Below are positions 56,054-64,000 of a DNA stretch of 64,000 nucleotides, piece after piece. The position numbers and the translations under genes are program-made. The notes below the pieces were generated by a model. The model searched no databases. It had not been told where the DNA came from and saw only the letters and a program-made list of their open reading frames with translations. Origin of the DNA: Chrysomallon squamiferum. Lineage: Eukaryota; Animalia; Mollusca. The DNA lies in the NCBI GenBank assembly GCA_012295275.1, contig CM022668.1:13268001-13332000 (forward strand), given 5' to 3'. Numbering within the stretch: position 1 is the first letter of the stretch; each line of letters opens with the position of its first letter.

Positions 56054-56824
56054 TTATATTTTTTATCATGAACTAGCAGAAAGTTATCTTTGATATTTAC
56101 ACTCCCATACACAATAAAAAGATAAAATAAAATAAACACAGGCTTTCATGAACTGCTGAGCTCTAGCTAGAATGGGAAACAGTCACAGATGTTACATTAG
56201 GCTAGCATTAGGCTTGTCCTCTAACCAATGGACTAAATCGGAGTCCAGTAATATTAATGTATCACATCCAAAAATACAACACAATGAATGGGTCAGTGGA
56301 AATTATTATAACTAAACCACATATTAATTAAAATATTCATGACATCCCATATCAGTTTTGTTAATTATTTTTAAACAAAATTAATTAAATGTTTATCTGT
56401 TATATTAATCCGTAATTAATGAAATTAATATTTCTGAGCATCGTTATATTCTTAGATTTTAATACGGTTTTCTAAAATTAATTTATAATATGACATAAAA
56501 TAAAAAAGAATTTTTGAATTCTTTAACAATTCCTTGAATTTAGAATTTAACTATCTTCCTAATGATTAGAAAAACCAACTAAATATACCATGAAAAAAAA
56601 CACCATGTCAATTTATTTAATTAATAATGTATTAAATCTCACAATGGAATCCATGAATTGTGAAATATAATTAATTTTGTTATCTGAACTCTCTTAAACT
56701 GTGCACCAGTAACATAAATGGGCATCTTTTCTATTGTAGTTAGTTAGTTATTATTCGTTAATGTTCATGATGATAAAGCAATAAATTATAAATGCTTCCT
56801 AATATTATCTGTGAAAAGTAAATG

Positions 56825-56860
<36 letters not shown>

Positions 56861-56906
56861 CATGATTAAGAATAAACCAGTAGAAAGATAGATAGAAAGA
56901 TAAAGA

Positions 56907-56942
<36 letters not shown>

Positions 56943-57330
56943 TGAAACACAAAACAAGAGATAAATAAAGACAGAAAACAAAAGTAGGAAGAAGGAAAAA
57001 AAAAAAAAAAAAAAAAAAAAACCTTGTGGTTAGTTATCTAAACTCGTGTTTGGCCCAGTTATCCAGTCTATCATTGAGTCATAAATATTTCTTACATAAA
57101 GTAAGCATTAATCATACTTCATTACATTTTATTATCATTACCTTCCTTCGTCAGCTGGCCAACTATCTACTCACAGACAGACAGACACGACCTCTGACCT
57201 CTGACCTCTGCCCTGACTCAGGTATCCAAGTGATTTTATGTTTACATAACTACACGTATGCAAAAATGAGTGTATAAATATGTACAGAATGAGATTTTAC
57301 CTATTGTGTGTGTGTGTGTGTGTGTGTGCA

Positions 57331-57374
<44 letters not shown>

Positions 57375-57645
57375 TTATAGTGATTTATCCAATATAAACC
57401 TACTTTCGTAACGACCAACTGCTGCCAAATATAGATGGTTATTTACCACCGAACTAATGGTGAATTAATGCACTAAAAATAAAGGTTAATATATTTTGGC
57501 ATTAATTATCCACAAAGGTAAAGATAACTCATAATTCCACGATCAATAACAAATACAATGACAAATATATGTAAACATCTGAATGTTTACATAGAAGACT
57601 AAAAACAGCAGAAATCAAGATGATAAATTACTCCTTTTTTGGGGG

Positions 57646-57696
<51 letters not shown>

Positions 57697-57877
57697 CAAC
57701 ATTAATTGCAAAAATATATTAAAACTGTCTCATATAATTCCATTTAAAAATAAAATAATAATAATAAAAAAAACCTACAAGTTCTAAATGTGATAATGCT
57801 AAATCTAAATATAATTTTATTTAAAAAAAATAAATAGTAATAAAAATGTAAGTTGTAAATGAAAAATTTACTAAATC

Positions 57878-57914
<37 letters not shown>

Positions 57915-58088
57915 AAATGTCATGAATATATCAGTTATCAACTATTACAATTTTAATAACACAAATATAAAACTTGAATAAATTAAATTAATACATTAAA
58001 TCTTTTTACCAAAACGTCTTTTACATTAATTTGCTATAACGAAAAAAACCCAAAATGTTTCATTTACTTATTATTATTATAATTATTA

Positions 58089-58252
<164 letters not shown>

Positions 58253-59515
58253 TTTTAATTTAGTATATTTTAGTTTAAGAAGAAACACAAAAATCTGCTT
58301 ACTGACATTTAACATATTACTCTCTGGCTACCACTTAAACTAAGAAACATACCCATTAATACACCTGAAACATTTGATTCTGCACTACACTATTCCTCAA
58401 TCTACACATTACCACTGACAATACTTGATCCCACAAACTTCAGGCAACTAACCACCTCCATATTTGTTTTCCCCTTTTAGTGCTTAACATTCATTACTTA
58501 GATACGATTTGTACATCTATCATTTTTTAATTTTTTTTTTTTATCATATACACGACAAAAGATCTTTGTTCTTATCACAATAACATTAAGTTAATCAGTC
58601 CACATAATCAAAACAATAACCATTACTTGTCACTCCCCTTTACTCCACCCTCTTACCCCCACCCCTTCACCCTCTTTCTCTACTCTAGGAGTTATAAAGC
58701 TAATGCTAGTCAATAAAAAAAGACTTGTAATGGATTGACTGTAGTATCTAAGTGTTATTTTCTCCCGAGATTTCACATTTCTTACAATTACGGGATAAGA
58801 GCTATCTGTTGAAGAGGGAAAAAAAGGAATTTTTAACGCTACCTCACAACCACAAAGTTATCAGTGTAGTTACACAGATTGGGCTTGTTCAAAATTATTT
58901 CGTTTAAAATGGCCACTGTAGCCAAATTTAAATGAAGCATTTGTGGTTCTCGAGAAAGAGAAAAAAAGAAAGATAAAGCAAACAAAGGTAGACAAATCAA
59001 GACCTTGAAAATACGTATAAATAAACACATGTAACAATGTGCATGAACAAACACATCCACTACACACACACAGACACATATGTATACTTCAAACATATTC
59101 AAATAAAACAAAACAAACATTCATAGTATTTACTCCTTTCACTCAACAGCAGACATAAACACAAACAACTAAACACACAATAATATAATCTGCGTTCAAC
59201 AATAACCACAATTAAAACGTCTCAAATATCGCAACGCAATGATGCCTTGTATTAACCAATACAGATCAGTACGGGGAATGTCTGTGATAGACACTGCTGT
59301 ATCCAACTGATATATGCCAGTTGTATCTGTTGTACTGAAAAGCTGCTCTGTTAAAATGTGGAGTTGATACAGTGAAACGATGCCAAACGGCTCACAACAT
59401 TCGTCACCCAGCTGAATGCAGAGTTCAAACAGCAGCTACGAAAATAGTTATTAATTAATGTCTATTTTCGTATGCCTGGCTCTTGATTCTTCGGGGCTTT
59501 TTCTGTATAGTTTGA

Positions 59516-59592
<77 letters not shown>

Positions 59593-59677
59593 AGAAAGAG
59601 AGAAAGAGAGAGAGAATAAATGTGTACATAGTGTTTGTATATGTATTTAAACACTTTAAATCTTTTTGTTGTTACTA

Positions 59678-59719
<42 letters not shown>

Positions 59720-59741
59720 ATTGTGTTAGAGAGAGAGAGAG

Positions 59742-59773
<32 letters not shown>

Positions 59774-59908
59774 ATATATAATTTGTCTGTGTGTGTGTAA
59801 AATAGATATTAATTATTTCTTTATGTCTGTCTCTTGATTCATTAGGGCTTTTTTTTATTACTACATACATAAATAAAACAAAAATAAAACAAGCACTGAG
59901 ATTAAATG

Positions 59909-60020
59909 GCATTGAAATATTACAGAAATCAGCTTGATTCAAGCTGTTTTATAGATATAAAATTATTGATGGTTAAACTTAATTTACAATCTTTTAACTG
60001 AAAGCCAGCTCATTTTTTTT
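59909..60020 (+). repeat. ~110-nt direct repeat, second copy at ~63118-63230
   Basis: Shared TGAAATATTAC.GAAAT..GCT.GATTCAAGC.GTTTTA ... TTGATGGTTAAACTTAATTTACAATCTTTT..AAC.GAAAGCCAG.TCATTTTTT. Confidence 0.85.
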
Positions 60021-60833
60021 CTTCTTTTTCACCAGTGAAAAAAAAATCAATGTGTGAGAGAGATAGTAATTTTAACATGAATAAAAAAAAAGCCTAAAGG
60101 TTTATCTATTTTAAAACAATATCAAAATAAATCAGCCTAACAGAAGTTATAAGGATGTTGAATTACTGATGGAAGGTTTAAGTTATAAAAATCCACTCAG
60201 AAAACTTTCACATCTTGAAAGATTTATCGCTGAAGTTATTTCGATGGGAGTTGCTAAATTATCAAACATACAAAATACACAGCAAGTTTATTATGGGTTT
60301 ATTTGTGAAACGCAATATTAAAAATACTGGCCTCACCCAAGTGTGATGTTGTAATATAGATATTCTTTTATCGACCAGAGTGTCTGCGCTTCACAGCTTC
60401 CTAATTTTAATCTGTTATATTGATATACTTTAAAACATGTTTAATCAATGCAGTATATTAGATGAAGGTAAATTGTCAAATACAAAAAAAACGTTTCTGA
60501 AAACTATTGGTTATAGCTAAGAGACGCTATAATTTGTGTCAACAATTTAATTATGTGGATAAATAGATACAGTTATAGCTAGACAGAGAGATGGACTCAC
60601 AGACAGACAGAGCTAATTGATGAGAAACAGTAAACTGATGAAAGACAGATAGGTAACTGATAAACTTTTCAGCATGCAGAATCAATATACATTTCTTTCT
60701 AATATCAAAAAACCTGTACAAATTGTTTCTTTGTAGTCCTGTCTGTAAAAAAGACAAAGAAAAGAAAACAATCAAAAAAAAACAACACAAAACACCTGAA
60801 GAAATAAGCCTCTAAGTAGTTATACATGCATGT

Positions 60834-60870
<37 letters not shown>

Positions 60871-63704
60871 AAATACTGATATATTAAGTTCTCTTTTTTT
60901 AAATATATTTTCTTTATGTATTTTCTTTTTCACATTGTAGTTGACTAGCATAATATCAAATTACAACTTAATGTCAAGCAATGGGAAAAACAGAAATGGA
61001 AAGATAGGTGCGCTTCTTATTAGAAAAACCACAACAAAAACCACAAAACCCTCAAAAAATAAAATAAAATAAAATAAAATATAAATAAACATAAAAATAA
61101 AAACAAAAAAAACACTTAAGAAATAAACCTTTTTAAGTAGTTATACTTGCATATGTGTTTTTACTCATATAGCAAGTTATTATTATTATTTTTTTTTAAA
61201 TTATTTTTCTATTATTTTTTTTTCTCAATAGTAAATTTAAAACAATTTCATTATTTTTTTTTTTTTTTTTACTCTCTATCTCTCTACCTAACACTATCGA
61301 ATTACAACTTAATATCATGTGACTGGCAAAATTGAAAATGGAGAGGTAAAAACAAAAAACTCCACAATTTTTTTTTTTTTTTTTTTTTTTAACAATCGGA
61401 GAGAAAAATCACTTGAAATTAATCGACGCAGATTTGAGGTCTTAAAATGTCAAAATGAATAAAATTGTCTGCAAAATATCAGAGATCACGTCACTACATC
61501 AAGTTATTTTTAATTTTTTTTTTTTAATTTTTTTTTTAAATATAGGAATTATATTAATGGGCTTGGACATTTTGTTAATAATAAAAATGTAACAGACAGT
61601 TTTAGAGATACAAGTTGGGGTTGTTAAATAAAAAAAAAAAAAACAGTTTGACATATAGATAGAGAGAGAGCTAGGTCAGGACATTTTGACCAAGTTCAAA
61701 CAGGACCTAGATTGCTTGTTATTAAAGTAAATGGAGAGAACTGTAAAAGGAAAAAAAAGAAACAGATGGAAAGAAGGAATAAAAAAGGAGAAGAAAGGAA
61801 TGAAGAAATTATATGTGTGAAATGATGTTTGCATGTGTGTGTGTGTTTGTGCATGTTCAAACATACCTGTGCAGGTGTTCACTACTGTACTGACTATACA
61901 AACATTCAATAATCAGTTATTCTCTTTTTTTTTTCTTCTTTTGTTTCTACAGTAACATTAATATGTGTTATTTAATTCCATCAAATAATTAAATGTTTTA
62001 ACAGCACCTTATTAATATATATATTTTATTTTAAATTTTTTTTTACATTCTTATTCATGTGTTAAATTTTTTTCTAATAAAGAAACTCAAGTTTAGCAGC
62101 AAAGTTTTTTTTCTTTTTTTTTTTAATCTACTTTCCAAGATACAGTAACACACCTCCACTGACTGATAAAACATATCACAAAACAGACAAAAGCCAACAA
62201 GGCAGTTCTGGGGTACTGATCCTACTACCTGTTGTTCCTCAGGAAAAAATGTTTTTACTTCCAGACGACTTGCCTAGGGAGTCAATCGGAAATCTTTTTT
62301 CGTCATCAGTGCTCAGTTACTTGATGAGAAATGTTGTTATTGATAATTCAGTTAGCACAGTCAGCGATTTGGAATGTGTAACTTTTTCATTTTCCCAGGA
62401 CTGCATTTATTATCCAATAACAATTCTGCTACTAATAGAAAATTTAGGAAAGCTAAGCAAAGTATATGAAAGATTTCTTCTTTCAAGCTTCGCTCTTGTG
62501 GTTGTAACTATTTACATCAACGGTCATTATTTACACTTAAAGAGAAATAATAATTATTAACTACATAATAATCAGGTAAAGGTATATATATATATTCATA
62601 ATCTCAACATTTATTTTTAACACTTCATTCTTTTCTTTTCTTTTCCTTTCCTTTCACTTATTTCAACATACTTCCTTTAGTTTTTCCTTCTTTCATTCAT
62701 TAAGCTTCCTTTTTACTTTTTCCTTAATCTTCCTTCCTTCCCCCCAAAAATCTTTCATTTTAGCTTTTTCCTTCTTTCATTTATAAACCTTCCCTTCAAT
62801 CCACTTGTTTTTATTTTCAGTTTTTCCTTCTTTCATTCCCCCCCCTCTTCTTTCAGTTATTATTCAGTATATTTATTACTGCACTAGTTATTTCAATACA
62901 TGGCAGAGTTATATTATAATTCAGTCTCTGGTTTATTGTATCATATTTTCAACAGTCTGGTACGATTCTCTGATATCGTCTACTGCTTTCTATTATAATT
63001 TTATTTTACATGATCAAGACCTCCCTTCCCTTTTATTAGTTAACAGGTTAAGAAATTCCATGGGGAAGGGATACAGAAAAGAATTAAAAAAATAATTTAA
63101 AAAATTAAAAAAAAACAGCACTGAAATATTACCGAAATTGGCTCGATTCAAGCAGTTTTACACATACAAAATTATATTGATGGTTAAACTTAATTTACAA
63201 TCTTTTTAACAGAAAGCCAGTTCATTTTTTATTATTTATTATTATTTTTTTTTTCCCACCACTAAAAAGGGACAGAAGAAGGAACAAAATGTATTTTATT
63301 TACCAACATTCGACAGTTATACGTTGTTTTATATACGGTTTAAGGATCGTAAGAAAATCCCAGGAACTGAGAAGATTAAAGATTATCTCTCATTTCTCTT
63401 TCTAAACCCAGAAACGGATTCCAGGTTTTGCTGTTTGCTGTGTTGGCTAGCTGTGTTCTATCATAGGCCAGCTGCCAGTCTGTGTTAGATAACTGACATG
63501 CTCTGCATATCTGCAGCTTGGACTCCCGTGTATGAGAGAGAGAGAGAGAGAGATGTTGTTGTTAGGCTGCCCGATTCCTGGCCAATATTCTAGTGAACTT
63601 TTTGAGTGGAAAATTTAACGATAATTTTTCTCATCTACTGTGGATGTGATCAATTAGTGCAGTGAACCAGCTATGGTTATATTAGGTGTGTGTGTGTGTT
63701 TGTA

Positions 63705-63772
<68 letters not shown>

Positions 63773-64000
63773 CGTGCGTGTGTGTGCGTGTGTATGTAAA
63801 CTAAATTTGATATTCAAATTTTCTGCAAAGTCTGCTGAAATATAATGTCTGGAAATATAATTTTTCTGAAGACTAACTGAAAGATAAAAAAAAAAAAAAA
63901 AAAATGCCTCTTTGATTTAAATCTGGAATATCCATAAGCTTTTTTCTCTTTCAACTTTTTGAAAATAATAAATTAAAACCAGCCTTGATTTGAGTAATTT

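Noticed and set aside
59266-59340. Three-way-junction fold with CTGAT and GAAA, possible hammerhead ribozyme
   Set aside because: Core reads CTGATAT rather than CTGANGA and the stems are not arranged as in a hammerhead; short stems are compatible with chance.
62249-62560. 103-aa plus-strand ORF
   Set aside because: No recognisable domain or splice structure; antisense within an intron, next to a repeat remnant.

Overview
AT-rich, microsatellite-dense animal DNA; the repeat content suggests a mollusc, probably a gastropod (inference). Three parts. (1) 1.3-26.0 kb, + strand: a BMPER/crossveinless-2 gene (5 VWC domains, VWD with GDPH site, C8, TIL) whose first exon lies upstream of the window. 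Eleven exons read cleanly in frame apart from a +1 frameshift near the end of the C8 exon, and a twelfth (VWC2 first half) is scrambled. Its large introns hold CpG-rich islands, one with an exact Smad/Schnurri-type BMP-response motif, and one tRNA-Pro gene. (2) 30.8-39.8 kb: a co-oriented array of 14 intact tRNA-Pro genes (9 TGG, 5 AGG) plus one pseudogene, built from repeated TGG-TGG-AGG modules. It is interrupted by a dead Tc1/mariner element and carries a triplicated spacer that reads like a decayed small-GTPase fragment. (3) 43.3-64 kb, - strand: the last two coding exons of a UBE2E-class E2 enzyme followed by a >19 kb CpG-poor intron with SINE remnants. Most ORF-track entries are microsatellite artefacts. 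Exon numbering is inferred from homology; all reading was done by eye.
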